Below are positions 9,947 to 19,628 of a DNA stretch of 59,701 bases, one piece after another. How positions within the stretch are numbered: the stretch's first letter is position 1; every line of letters begins with the position of its first letter. Made by a program: the position numbers and the translations under genes. The DNA lies in IMG/VR virus record IMGVR_UViG_3300032218_001256, positions 1 to 59,701 of that record. The stretch is one strand, 5' to 3'. Under the pieces are notes generated by a model that saw only the letters and a list, made by a program, of their open reading frames with translations, ran no database searches and was not told the DNA's origin. This DNA comes from a virus (lineage: Duplodnaviria; Caudoviricetes).

Positions 9947-10804
9947 TTAATAATCTGCATCATCAGTTGCAATAACCTTGTCTGACTCTACTAAATTTGA
10001 ATCAGGGTCATAATCATGCAACTCTTTGAATGTATAATAGTCTTTACAACCATACTCTCCTACTGTATTAACAACAAAGCGCTCATGCATTTTTAGCTCA
10101 GCAGTTTTTCTGAATTTTAAACCTCTCACTACATCAGGATTGTTGTAATCAACTAGGCGCATACTCTTGATAGAATATCCAGGAAAGAATGATTTGATAA
10201 AGATGTTTTGATATGACTTAGGACCATCTCCTTTATCACTAGTTTTAACTGTAGCTAATGCACCAACAGTTTGTGTAAACTCACCATCAATTTGATCTTT
10301 CAAATCTTTTAAATCACCTGCCATAACTTTCTTCCAGTCTAGCATAATTTCAGTTTCTGGATCAGAAAAGTCAAGACCTCCTAACCATATACGTACAAAT
10401 CCTAAAAATTCCTCTTCACTTATGTGTGCTACACGACATTTACGCTTAAGAAACCATACAGGAAGAAGATCTTCACTACTAGCCCAGCTACACACACCAA
10501 TGCTATTGATGTATTGTTTCTTTGTATCATCCTTATTAGTTTTCTCACCATGTTCTAACCAGAACGTAGCAGTAGTTCTAAAGTCACTGTTTACATCTTG
10601 TAACCATACATTAACTTTCAGCTTTTGCTTAACGTCATCGTAATAGTTAGTTGCGTTACTGTCCTCTTTCAAATCAATCCCTAAGATATCTTTGAATTCT
10701 TTTGCACTTGGGTTGATAGCAAGTACTTTTGCTTCAAATATACCAACCTTCTTTGGAAAATCTCCACCTTGTGGGATTTCTCTTTTTGATCCACCTATTG
10801 CCAT
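9947..10804 (-). CDS. Putative single-stranded DNA-binding protein (crAss-like)
   Basis: 'KVLAINP' N-terminus, acidic C-terminus DDADY, position between ATPase and primase. Confidence 0.6.
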   Translation of the reverse strand: MAIGGSKREIPQGGDFPKKVGIFEAKVLAINPSAKEFKDILGIDLKEDSNATNYYDDVKQKLKVNVWLQDVNSDFRTTATFWLEHGEKTNKDDTKKQYINSIGVCSWASSEDLLPVWFLKRKCRVAHISEEEFLGFVRIWLGGLDFSDPETEIMLDWKKVMAGDLKDLKDQIDGEFTQTVGALATVKTSDKGDGPKSYQNIFIKSFFPGYSIKSMRLVDYNNPDVVRGLKFRKTAELKMHERFVVNTVGEYGCKDYYTFKELHDYDPDSNLVESDKVIATDDADY

Positions 10805-10813
10805 TGTTTCTAG

Positions 10814-11485
10814 TTATTTATAATATTCGTCTATTGTGTTTACTACTGTTTGTAAATTATTAGGAATCTTGATGTCAGCAAACATACCATCAGGAGTCTT
10901 GGCAGGGAACTTTCTAAACCTATTGGTTACAAAGTTATACGTACAAGTGCCATCTTTGTTCTCTTCTACATAAGTGTAGAGACACATAGTTAATAGGCCC
11001 TCTAATAAGATTTGATTGTCAATCAGCTTGCCTGCTGTCTTGATTTTGTATCCTATAATCTCTCCACCTTCTTCAATAGTTTCTGGGTGAGTGAAATAGA
11101 ACACTTTCAAATCGTCACGTAGTTTACGAGCTTCTTGAAATAAGGCCACCATATCTCTAGCCATGATGCTAAATTTAGTGAATCCAACTTCTGTTGCTCG
11201 TGACACAATGTTAAAACCCATGATGTAGTTTGAATCCTCAATCACGATGTTCTTAATGTGTGGTGCTTTCTGAGAAATGTTTTGTAACAATCGAGTGATC
11301 TCAACTGCGTCATCAACTTCTCTGTAGTTCTTCTTTTCTGTATTGTACAGAGTTTCAGAACCTTTAAAAGGTAATTCCTTTTTTGCTACATTGATAATGT
11401 AGGTTTCTTCTGGATTTAGATGCTTAATCGATGTCGATTTACCTGTACCAGTGGATCCAACGATCCCAATCAGTTTACTTGCCAT
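10814..11485 (-). CDS. AAA/Sak4-like P-loop ATPase
   Basis: Walker A GSTGTGKSTS, 'IVIED' Walker B, 'KIKTAGKL', 'AKTPDGMF'. Confidence 0.85.
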   Translation of the reverse strand: MASKLIGIVGSTGTGKSTSIKHLNPEETYIINVAKKELPFKGSETLYNTEKKNYREVDDAVEITRLLQNISQKAPHIKNIVIEDSNYIMGFNIVSRATEVGFTKFSIMARDMVALFQEARKLRDDLKVFYFTHPETIEEGGEIIGYKIKTAGKLIDNQILLEGLLTMCLYTYVEENKDGTCTYNFVTNRFRKFPAKTPDGMFADIKIPNNLQTVVNTIDEYYK

Positions 11486-11522
11486 GTTTAATTTATTTAG
11501 TTAATTTACTTACTCTAAATTA

Positions 11523-12647
11523 CTAAATTTCAGTGATATTAACAACTTTAATCTTGTCTTTATCAAAAAATTCTAGTGACTTATTTAACCACTTTTCCTC
11601 TACTTCCTCATTGGTGGAAATTATATAAATCTGTGCTTTCTTGTCTGGATTGTTATATTCCATAGCCATGCACCTATTCACCTTTTGAGCTAGATTCTCA
11701 GCGTTACTGTCAAAGTAATTCAAGATCACTTTGTTTAAAGGTTTGTATGTTACACCTGTATTACCAATTTTAACAACAGCCATGTGATTTCCTTCTCCTT
11801 CTGTAAACTTTTTGAAGCCCTCTTTGTCAGGCGATTTACTATGGTGTGAAGGGATATCTAAACTATCTGCAGCATTGGTAGTACCACAAAACACAAGTAT
11901 ACGTTCTTCTTTATACTTGTTTAATATTGCCTTAGTCATGTTTAACTTAGCAATACTTCCTTGGACGATTCTCATTCTTTTCAGGCGTAACATCATTGTG
12001 TCTTTACCCATTTGAGATAATTGATTAATCACCCAACTACACGCGTCAAAATGCTTCTTCTCTGTTCTGGCTTTACCTTTGACAGTTGTAACAATCTTAT
12101 TGTCCAAAGGGACCTTGATTATTGTTATTTGATAGTCAACTATCACACCTTCTTGGATAGCTTGTTCAATAGGATAGTGTGCCAACACAGGAAGCTGTAA
12201 TCTCATATCAAGCTCAGATTCTGTTGAGGTTGATAGAGTGCCAGTTAGTCCTAACACTTGATGGTTAATTAACGTTAAATCATACAGAGCATCAATCTGT
12301 GCATCACTTAACAAATGTATCTCATCAATGATCACTACATCATACTCATTATTTACATATTTGTGTAAAGATAGGTGTGTTGTATAGGTGATTTGTGAAT
12401 TGTTGTATCCACGTGCTTTGAAATCCTGTTCCCAAGAATCCTTGATTTTAAGGTCAGGATAAGCGATTATGATAGATATATTTGAATTCATTTTTTCCAA
12501 AATGTTAATTGTTGTATATATCTTACCAAACCTAGGACATAGATTCAGTATGCCCCATTTCTTATCAAGCCATATGTTAGCAAACTCTTGTTGTCTTTGA
12601 TTACGAAGGTTGCTCATCTGTAGGTTGGATTGGATTAGCCACTTCAC
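11523..12647 (-). CDS. SF2 helicase (start probably at the internal MSNLR)
   Basis: 'CPRFGKI' motif I variant, DEIH, 'GLTGT', 'QKVNR'. Confidence 0.85.
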   Translation of the reverse strand: MKWLIQSNLQMSNLRNQRQQEFANIWLDKKWGILNLCPRFGKIYTTINILEKMNSNISIIIAYPDLKIKDSWEQDFKARGYNNSQITYTTHLSLHKYVNNEYDVVIIDEIHLLSDAQIDALYDLTLINHQVLGLTGTLSTSTESELDMRLQLPVLAHYPIEQAIQEGVIVDYQITIIKVPLDNKIVTTVKGKARTEKKHFDACSWVINQLSQMGKDTMMLRLKRMRIVQGSIAKLNMTKAILNKYKEERILVFCGTTNAADSLDIPSHHSKSPDKEGFKKFTEGEGNHMAVVKIGNTGVTYKPLNKVILNYFDSNAENLAQKVNRCMAMEYNNPDKKAQIYIISTNEEVEEKWLNKSLEFFDKDKIKVVNITEI

Positions 12648-12798
12648 CTAAAGAAGCTAGTGTCTCACGTATTTTTCCCATTTGAATCTGTATATCAGCT
12701 GCTTCAGATGTATTACCTGTTTGAACTGCTCTAACAAACATTTCATCAAACTTTGTATACTGTTTCATTAAATTAAAGATTTCATCTTTTGTTGCCAT
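12601..12798 (-). CDS. Hypothetical protein
   Basis: 65-aa ORF between the two helicases. Confidence 0.6.
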   Translation of the reverse strand: MATKDEIFNLMKQYTKFDEMFVRAVQTGNTSEAADIQIQMGKIRETLASLGEVANPIQPTDEQPS

Positions 12799-12809
12799 TG
12801 TTTTATTAT

Positions 12810-13880
12810 TTAAGGTTCTAAAAAATATGTTTTATTTACTATTGATTGATAGTCATACTCTGATATATTCTTAACTCTTGGTAATTCTTTGAACATACCC
12901 ACTTGGCCTAAGAAACCTAGACCAATACGAATATCATCCTCACCATAACTATTTTTAATTAGTCTTAGTGAACGATAATACTTACCACCAAATTCATCTT
13001 TAAGCCTATCTAAGTCATAACCACTAGGGTCTGTAACTTTATAACGCATAGGATCAAACAGTGCTAGTACAACATCAGCATCATCTTGTGTTGATGAACT
13101 ATCCTTGAAGTCTTCTAGCTGTGGTTCTACATCACCATTCTTAATCCTCATAGGATTAGCAATGTCACGATTGAACTGACTTACAACTATTGGTGAGTAT
13201 CCATACATATCACGAGCATATCTCAGCTCTTCAGACATCTTATCGATAGCTGCCTTCTTGTTGTTATAATCCTTGGTAACTTTTAACAAACCAATGTGAT
13301 CAATAACAACCAGCGTCACTGTGTTATCTTCATTAGGAATATAAACTCTGTTATACTTATCAATCTCTTCTATTCTACCATTAGCTTCAGCATGTTCTTT
13401 TAAATGTTTAGCTACGCCTATTGGATTATCTGGACCATCAATGATTGTAATGATGTCTGACATGCTGCCAATATAGTCTCTCTGTGTTAGAAATAAATCA
13501 TGCTCATCATGCGTCATCTTCTCCTTCTGCCAACCCAATAGTTTACTAACAGGAATGATTATACCAGAATCTAAAAATATCTTCCTAGCTACCCATTTAG
13601 CCATCTTGTATGTCTTACTACGCTCCATAGATCTATATATAATCTTTAGCTTGATGTCAGAGTTCTGACCATACTTAGATATATACCAATCAAATGGATT
13701 AAGGACATATGCATCATCTATAAAAGATGTCTTACCAGAACCTGTTAGACCACCTACAAGAGTGTATATAGACTTCCTGATACCAATATATCTGTTAAGC
13801 CTATCAAACCCCATAGGTATGCCACTGTTCTTACCATCAATACCATCTTGTACTGCCTTGGCTAAATCTTGAAATATCAT
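12810..13880 (-). CDS. dnaB: Replicative DnaB-like (SF4) helicase
   Basis: GGLTGSGKT, 'SME', 'IDHIGL', 'SQFNR', 'DADVV', 'KNSYG'. Confidence 0.9.
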   Translation of the reverse strand: MIFQDLAKAVQDGIDGKNSGIPMGFDRLNRYIGIRKSIYTLVGGLTGSGKTSFIDDAYVLNPFDWYISKYGQNSDIKLKIIYRSMERSKTYKMAKWVARKIFLDSGIIIPVSKLLGWQKEKMTHDEHDLFLTQRDYIGSMSDIITIIDGPDNPIGVAKHLKEHAEANGRIEEIDKYNRVYIPNEDNTVTLVVIDHIGLLKVTKDYNNKKAAIDKMSEELRYARDMYGYSPIVVSQFNRDIANPMRIKNGDVEPQLEDFKDSSSTQDDADVVLALFDPMRYKVTDPSGYDLDRLKDEFGGKYYRSLRLIKNSYGEDDIRIGLGFLGQVGMFKELPRVKNISEYDYQSIVNKTYFLEP

Positions 13881-14503
13881 ATATCTGTTGTTCCTACTGG
13901 TTTGGGTTTTTCTTCGATTGTGATTCCTTGCTTAACAAGCTCAATGAATGGCTCAAAGCTTCTCTGTGTAAGATATGTCAGACTATTCTGCATGTATTTA
14001 AGTTTATTCTCTCCTGATTTATATGAATTCTCTTTCTTTTGAAGAACATCAAACTCAACAGCAGCGACTAAATCATCTGCAGTGTATTCTCCTTCTGACA
14101 ATATGGCGTTGAACTTAAGCCTACAGTTCTCTACATCTCTACGTAAAGATCTAGAGCCTGGAAAGCTTTTATCTTTATGCTTAAATGTATCAGTGCCTGG
14201 AAAAGCTTTCCACCATCTCTCAAAGTCTTCACTAGCTGGCTTCTTCTTAATGATCTTATCTTTAGGAGCTTCCTCTTTAAGAAACTTAAGAACATTCTTA
14301 CCTGTTAGTGTGATTTTGTTATCTCCTGATATTAATCCTTTACGATAAATACCTTGAGCAAGGATCTCCAGTTTAGGATCTCCACTACATACATCTTTTA
14401 GATCATGGCCTTCCTCCACTAGTTTGAGGAGAAAGACCATGTCTAATGTAAAACCATTCTTGAGTAACTCTTTAAAATGATAGAGCGTCAATTTTACGTT
14501 CAT
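13877..14503 (-). CDS. Putative replication initiator or helicase-loader-like protein
   Basis: 'FERWWKAFP' and 'YMQNSLTYL' motifs resembling phage replisome organisers; adjacent to DnaB. Confidence 0.5.
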   Translation of the reverse strand: MNVKLTLYHFKELLKNGFTLDMVFLLKLVEEGHDLKDVCSGDPKLEILAQGIYRKGLISGDNKITLTGKNVLKFLKEEAPKDKIIKKKPASEDFERWWKAFPGTDTFKHKDKSFPGSRSLRRDVENCRLKFNAILSEGEYTADDLVAAVEFDVLQKKENSYKSGENKLKYMQNSLTYLTQRSFEPFIELVKQGITIEEKPKPVGTTDI

Positions 14504-14738
14504 AATTTCTAATTATTCTGTGATCTATTATAGCAATTAAACTTTGAGGAATACATATATTAATCTTAGCTTTCTCTTGTAAAGATTCTAAGACTCTTAT
14601 ATCAAGTTTATCGCTCATAAAAGCTTCAATTTGAGCGATACCTGGGTCATTTAGTGAGCGATAAAATAGCTCTTTTTCCTCTTGCAAATATACTAAATCT
14701 TTTTGAGCTTCAAGCTCGTAGTCTTCGTGATGTATCAT
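14472..14738 (-). CDS. Hypothetical protein
   Basis: 88-aa ORF in the operon. Confidence 0.6.
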   Translation of the reverse strand: MIHHEDYELEAQKDLVYLQEEKELFYRSLNDPGIAQIEAFMSDKLDIRVLESLQEKAKINICIPQSLIAIIDHRIIRNYERKIDALSF

Positions 14739-14741
14739 AAT

Positions 14742-14993
14742 TTACATTGAATTTGTATTTAAACCATTAATTATCCTAGCCTTGGGCTTGTGTTTTTCTG
14801 CTTTCTTTAAAGCTTCTCTAGCAACCCTTCTGTTGTGTTCAATTTCTTTATACTCTTTTACTTGTTCTATAGTTATGAAACCTTTCTCAAGAGCATTTTT
14901 AATAGCTTGATCACCAGTAGGCATGTGTTGAGCTGCTTTTCTTTTACGTTTTGCTCTTCTTTTTTCTAGTGCTTCTTTTGTAAACTTACCCAT
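14742..14993 (-). CDS. Basic hypothetical protein
   Basis: 83-aa Lys/Arg-rich ORF. Confidence 0.65.
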   Translation of the reverse strand: MGKFTKEALEKRRAKRKRKAAQHMPTGDQAIKNALEKGFITIEQVKEYKEIEHNRRVAREALKKAEKHKPKARIINGLNTNSM

Positions 14994-15217
14994 TATTCGT
15001 CATCATTATAGTTTTCATACTCTCTAAACTTTGGATCTAATGTTCTTCCTTCATTATCCCAATACTCATTACATTTATCCCCCTCACGAGGTGATTCAGA
15101 AAAGACAGATTGTCTAAACTGATTCTCTGGTGCTGTATGTCTGTAGCACTTAAACTTCACAGGACATTGCATGTCCCTACACATTGTTATATCTGCCAAG
15201 GTATTATTATTTATCAA
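14993..15217 (-). CDS. Small Cys-containing phage protein
   Basis: 'DITMC....CP....CYR...C..YW'. Confidence 0.7.
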   Translation of the reverse strand: MINNNTLADITMCRDMQCPVKFKCYRHTAPENQFRQSVFSESPREGDKCNEYWDNEGRTLDPKFREYENYNDDE

Positions 15218-15428
15218 TATGAATAAAAAAACTAATCTTACGTTTCAACGTAGGATACTTTTCAATCAACCATAATGTCAAAGGATCATATTCTTCATCA
15301 TCAATATGAAACTCTAGATAACTATGAACATTATGTCCTGTATGAACATCGAATCCAGCCACTATGTATTGATGTAATTCTTCAGGTATCTCTGATAAGT
15401 TAATTACTGATTTAGTTATTGTCCTCAT
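15207..15428 (-). CDS. Hypothetical protein
   Basis: 73-aa ORF. Confidence 0.65.
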   Translation of the reverse strand: MRTITKSVINLSEIPEELHQYIVAGFDVHTGHNVHSYLEFHIDDEEYDPLTLWLIEKYPTLKRKISFFIHIDK

Positions 15429-15816
15429 TGTCTTGTTGTTTAGCTATTTCTATTAATTTATCAATACATCTCTCTTCTGCCTCTTCATATGTATCTATAT
15501 ACAAGTTAAACCAAGTATCTCCTCGTTTTAGTATATTGATATGATACGAATATTCAATACCATATTCCATTGTATCAGAGTCAATATACCCCAACAGATC
15601 ATACTTCTCCCTAAACCATCTAAATACTTGTTGTTTAAGTGGGGCTGAAATATACCCATCTGATAGTCCTGAATACATAACACCATAATTAGTGTACATA
15701 GTATGTTCACCCTTTACATCATATAATGATGCTTGATTACCAAACCATGGTGTATCATCAAACCCTAATTCCTTTAGGGCTAATGCTCGCTCGTATGTTA
15801 CAAATTCTTTATTCAT
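15412..15816 (-). CDS. Hypothetical protein of a common Bacteroidota phage type
   Basis: 'ALALKELGF', 'APLKQQVFRWFREK', 'TYEEAE'. Confidence 0.75.
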   Translation of the reverse strand: MNKEFVTYERALALKELGFDDTPWFGNQASLYDVKGEHTMYTNYGVMYSGLSDGYISAPLKQQVFRWFREKYDLLGYIDSDTMEYGIEYSYHINILKRGDTWFNLYIDTYEEAEERCIDKLIEIAKQQDNEDNN

Positions 15817-15830
15817 TGTCTTGTTGTTTA
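15425..15830. repeat. 18-bp exact direct repeat flanking one gene
   Basis: TCATTGTCTTGTTGTTTA at 15425-15442 and 15813-15830. Confidence 0.9.
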
Positions 15831-15923
15831 ATTATTAACATAATCTCTCTTGTTAGTTCACCTGCTGTTTTAGCTCCATCAAGATTCCAACGTATAATAG
15901 CTGCTTCTATAGCACTATATAAT

Positions 15924-16160
15924 TCATTCTTTGTCATAAGTTTCGTTGTAATATTCTTCTGACTCATCACTTAAAATTTCAGGCCAATTTCCTTGATATG
16001 CTTTCTTTATCTGTTCTTTCTCCATCGCAAGTAGTTCTTTTGCTTTCTGATATACATCACCTGGATCCACTGGAATGACTTGACTTTCTTCTATCATCCA
16101 TTCCATTAACTGTTTCATTGCTGTTTGTTTCTTTTCCATATTAACAAGCAGCCATGCCAA
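15924..16160 (-). CDS. Hypothetical protein (start probably at MEKKQTA)
   Basis: 'KQTA...MEKEQI...EEYYNETY' pattern typical of small Bacteroidota phage proteins. Confidence 0.7.
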   Translation of the reverse strand: MAWLLVNMEKKQTAMKQLMEWMIEESQVIPVDPGDVYQKAKELLAMEKEQIKKAYQGNWPEILSDESEEYYNETYDKE

Positions 16161-16692
16161 AGAATATATATGTCCCTTCTCTTTCTTGTGTAGATTTCTT
16201 ATATTTAATACAAGCTACATTAGCATCTTGATTAGTAAGAATCTTCTCCATACGTACAAACGTAGTGTTCTGTGATTTCTCTGTATACTCACGAGCATAC
16301 TTCACAGCATCAGTCTTGGTCTTAAAAGACTTCAATTGCCTATCTTCCCATCCTGTATACACATTGTAACGAAGCTCCCATTTGCTGGTGCCTTTAACAA
16401 CAGTGTGATCAACAACAGATTTAATCTTGTTGTTGTTTTTTACTGGTGATTCTTCTTCAATAACATAACAGTCACGCTTACCTGCATTATCTAACATGTC
16501 ATCAATAAACTGACGTCTTTCTTTCTTACTCTTACGAAATTCAGCAGTTACATCTCTAAAACTAGTTGTTGTACTAATTGTACCATTATAAGCATCTCTA
16601 CCATGCTCTGATTCTGCTGTTTCTACAGCGAGTGTGTATGCTTCGCTAGCATTCATTCCTCTTTGTCTTGTAATAAAAGCGTCTGCTCCCAT
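16141..16692 (-). CDS. Hypothetical protein
   Basis: 183-aa ORF, 'YNGTIST...FFGMAAC'. Confidence 0.8.
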   Translation of the reverse strand: MGADAFITRQRGMNASEAYTLAVETAESEHGRDAYNGTISTTTSFRDVTAEFRKSKKERRQFIDDMLDNAGKRDCYVIEEESPVKNNNKIKSVVDHTVVKGTSKWELRYNVYTGWEDRQLKSFKTKTDAVKYAREYTEKSQNTTFVRMEKILTNQDANVACIKYKKSTQEREGTYIFFGMAAC

Positions 16693-16790
16693 ATTTTTTG
16701 TGATTTAAAATGTGTGAAAATTATAATATGTAAACAAAATTGTTTACAATTTGCCAAAGTCAGTAGTAAAACTGTGACAAATTCAGTAAT

Positions 16791-16818
16791 AAAAAAGCCC
16801 CACATTTCTGTGAGGCTT
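16791..16818 (-). terminator. Intrinsic terminator
   Basis: AAGCCTCACA-gaaa-TGTGGGGCTT followed by TTTT. Confidence 0.8.
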
Positions 16819-16870
16819 GTCAAATTATGTTACACAATTCGACAATAATCCAAATTATAGTGAAAAATTT

Positions 16871-17010
16871 TGCATGATAATGTGTATTATAATACACAAT
16901 TTCATGCATAAATGTAAACTACAGTTAACATTATACCCCATTGCATATAATTAGCTAATATATTAACTATTTATATGCAAAAGGGTATAAAATAGCTAAC
17001 ATATTAACTA
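16871..17010. repeat. Cluster of AT-rich palindromes and a near-direct repeat
   Basis: Perfect 18-bp palindrome at 16881-16898 nested in TGCATGA/TCATGCA; 60-bp imperfect palindrome at 16931-16990; TAGCTAA(T/C)ATATTAACTA at 16952 and 16993. Confidence 0.85.
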
Positions 17011-17020
17011 ACAGTTAGTG

Positions 17021-17410
17021 TTAATAGAATCCTACAAAGAACTTCTTAATCTTCTGCCAGAATGTGAGCTGTTGATCTTTAAGGATGTATGCATCAGGTG
17101 GTATTGTTGTATGGATGTGTGTTGTTTCAATTGGATCTTCAACACGTAGTCCAAGGTTTAACTCAAACATACCTAATGTCATCTCAGCTCTCCTCTTATT
17201 ACACTTAAATGTTTTCTTAATAAGTGGAATAGCTAGCTTACGCCATGCTTCTGTTTGTTCTGTTGTCAATGTATACACTCTCCAGAATTCTGGTGTGTCC
17301 ATTGCGTCTTGATAGGTTTTACCTATCATTTCCATTTGCATAGTGACCAACTTCCTGTTGATCTCTTCACGTTGTTTTTCTGATCCTGCCATAATGTTAT
17401 TGTATGCCAT
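17021..17410 (-). CDS. Hypothetical protein
   Basis: 129-aa ORF coupled to the polymerase stop codon. Confidence 0.75.
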   Translation of the reverse strand: MAYNNIMAGSEKQREEINRKLVTMQMEMIGKTYQDAMDTPEFWRVYTLTTEQTEAWRKLAIPLIKKTFKCNKRRAEMTLGMFELNLGLRVEDPIETTHIHTTIPPDAYILKDQQLTFWQKIKKFFVGFY

Positions 17411-19359
17411 TAAAATAAACTTAGTTGGTTTGCGATGATTATAGGTCTTTTCTTACCATTGTAATCAATCTTGTTAATAATTCTTTCTGCTTTCTCTATG
17501 TAATAAGAATGATTAATATTATCTAGAGGATGATCCTTAGATAGCTTATTACACACTGTCATTAGCCATTCACCTGCTTCCACTTGTGATATTGGTGCAG
17601 CGTTGGATAGACATTCTGGGTTCTTTACCTTCAATAGCTTCTCACCAGTGTTAGATACATAATATCTAATTAGTTTATTATAGATAGTAGTCTTGCCATT
17701 GAATTTACCTTCATAATGAAAGTCTCTGCTAGCTTTTTGTCTAAGACAGAAATCAAACACATTGCTATGATTACTGATGCTATCAGCAACAGGAATACCA
17801 TCGCAATAATAGCGCTCAAGAGCAATAGGCACCACTCTAGCAGATTTGTTTTTATGTAATTCAAAATCTGTAAGGAAATCACCTTTCTTCTTAACTTCTC
17901 CATTGGTTTTAATTGCTAGATAATCATTAACTGTTGAGAATATAATCTTACTGTAATCTGTACGCTCAAGCTCATACTTAGTTAAGCCACACCACCATGC
18001 ATTAATCTCATACATCTTATCAAGATGTGTCTTTTCTATTCTAATAGTTACACCATCTGTATTAGCTGAGATTACATGTATACCTGCTAGTTCATACGCT
18101 TCAATAAGCATAAGCAAGCTAAGCTCTCCAGTAATAGTAGTGAACATAGTGAGCTGTCTATCGTAGATCCATGACTGCATATCAGAACTTTTACCATATA
18201 CAGAATTGACAGCAAGCTTAAGAGCCCCAACAATACCTGCAATGCGTTTGTTCTTTTTAGCCTGTGGTTTAAGTTCAAGACGCCTCTCAAACATACGCTT
18301 ATAACCAGTAAGAAACTTTTTACCAAGATGTTGAGGATACCTGCCATTATTGATAATAATAGCAGGATAATAACTGCTAACGTCCCAATCAATGATCTCA
18401 AAATGCTCATCAGCCTCAAATACCTCTGGTTTGTTCTCTGTGTGTAAGCCACCTTTAGCAAACGTATAAGTGTTGCCATAAAAATTTATGCTTTCTTTAA
18501 AGTCATCATTAATTCCTAATACAAGACTGTCTATGTATTTTTTGAACTCAATAAGTTGACTAGTTTGAAACTCTATATAATCAGGTCTACATTTTGATAC
18601 AGTTATTTTCTTTCTAAAGAATCCTGTGCGAGGTAAATTAGCATATGTTATTTTCTCCTCTTCACAATAATACTTCTTGATCATCTCATCACCAATCTTA
18701 CTATCAGAATAATTAATACAGTTAATACCAAACTCTTCTTGTATGTCTAGTCTTAATTGTAATTGATCATTTCCTTTATACAAGGGATGTTCTGTATCAC
18801 CTGTTGTAACCTTAAAGAACTCATAGGTTGCCATTACATCATTAATACAATAGTTCATTGTAACATCTATCTCTTCTTGAGTCATGTCACGCTTTGTATG
18901 ATGTATAGGCATCTCCTCAATGTTCTCAAGGTCCATCTCAAACTCTAGTCTCTTCAGACTAACCATACGATTTTTATTATCGTAATGATTAACCTTGAAT
19001 AAATCTATCTGTTTGAACGACAAATCCTCTTCACGATATTCTGGGAACTGTTCATAATTGGCGTCTTCAATAACATCTTGAGCCTTCTGTGCAATCTTAG
19101 CACATATTTCTAGACCTCCAAGTTCATGCCAATCATCATGATTACGTACCACCCATTCTAACACTTGAGCATCAAAACGAAGATTATTATAACCCACCCA
19201 ATAATAGTCTGGCTTATCTTGCATTAGTTTTACAAATGCATCAAAGTTATTCTGCCATTGACTAATTAGGAAATCATAATGCTCATCTTCTTTTGGATTG
19301 TAGACATGTATCAGGAATAACTCCTGCATTGTCTCGATATCATAAATTAATACGTCCAT
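17410..19359 (-). CDS. polB: Family B DNA polymerase
   Basis: ExoI YDIET, ExoII GYNNLRFD, ExoIII YCINDV; motif A DVSSYYP, motif B KLAVNSVYGK, motif C ANTDG. Confidence 0.95.
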   Translation of the reverse strand: MDVLIYDIETMQELFLIHVYNPKEDEHYDFLISQWQNNFDAFVKLMQDKPDYYWVGYNNLRFDAQVLEWVVRNHDDWHELGGLEICAKIAQKAQDVIEDANYEQFPEYREEDLSFKQIDLFKVNHYDNKNRMVSLKRLEFEMDLENIEEMPIHHTKRDMTQEEIDVTMNYCINDVMATYEFFKVTTGDTEHPLYKGNDQLQLRLDIQEEFGINCINYSDSKIGDEMIKKYYCEEEKITYANLPRTGFFRKKITVSKCRPDYIEFQTSQLIEFKKYIDSLVLGINDDFKESINFYGNTYTFAKGGLHTENKPEVFEADEHFEIIDWDVSSYYPAIIINNGRYPQHLGKKFLTGYKRMFERRLELKPQAKKNKRIAGIVGALKLAVNSVYGKSSDMQSWIYDRQLTMFTTITGELSLLMLIEAYELAGIHVISANTDGVTIRIEKTHLDKMYEINAWWCGLTKYELERTDYSKIIFSTVNDYLAIKTNGEVKKKGDFLTDFELHKNKSARVVPIALERYYCDGIPVADSISNHSNVFDFCLRQKASRDFHYEGKFNGKTTIYNKLIRYYVSNTGEKLLKVKNPECLSNAAPISQVEAGEWLMTVCNKLSKDHPLDNINHSYYIEKAERIINKIDYNGKKRPIIIANQLSLF

Positions 19360-19517
19360 GTATCTTCTATTATATCAATTAAATCTTTCATATTTAATGC
19401 AAATAGGCATGAATGTTTTTCTCCATTCCAATAATCAAGATAACTTTCTCTTGGAATAGCCCACCATAGTTCTTCATGGTGATTGTAATGAAATACATAG
19501 TTATATATTTTTTCCAT
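19347..19517 (-). CDS. Small hypothetical protein (56 aa, not in the ORF track)
   Basis: Hand translation MEKIYNYVFHYNHHEELWWAIPRESYLDYWNG...; overlaps the polB start. Confidence 0.6.
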   Translation of the reverse strand: MEKIYNYVFHYNHHEELWWAIPRESYLDYWNGEKHSCLFALNMKDLIDIIEDTWTY

Positions 19518-19628
19518 TTCTTTGTTTTTGTTTACTAATAACCCAAATAGCTATTTTCATTACTCTAATACCAATATTATAGACAAAGTCTTCTAACCAT
19601 ATAATAGTTTTGCTTCTTTGATATGATT

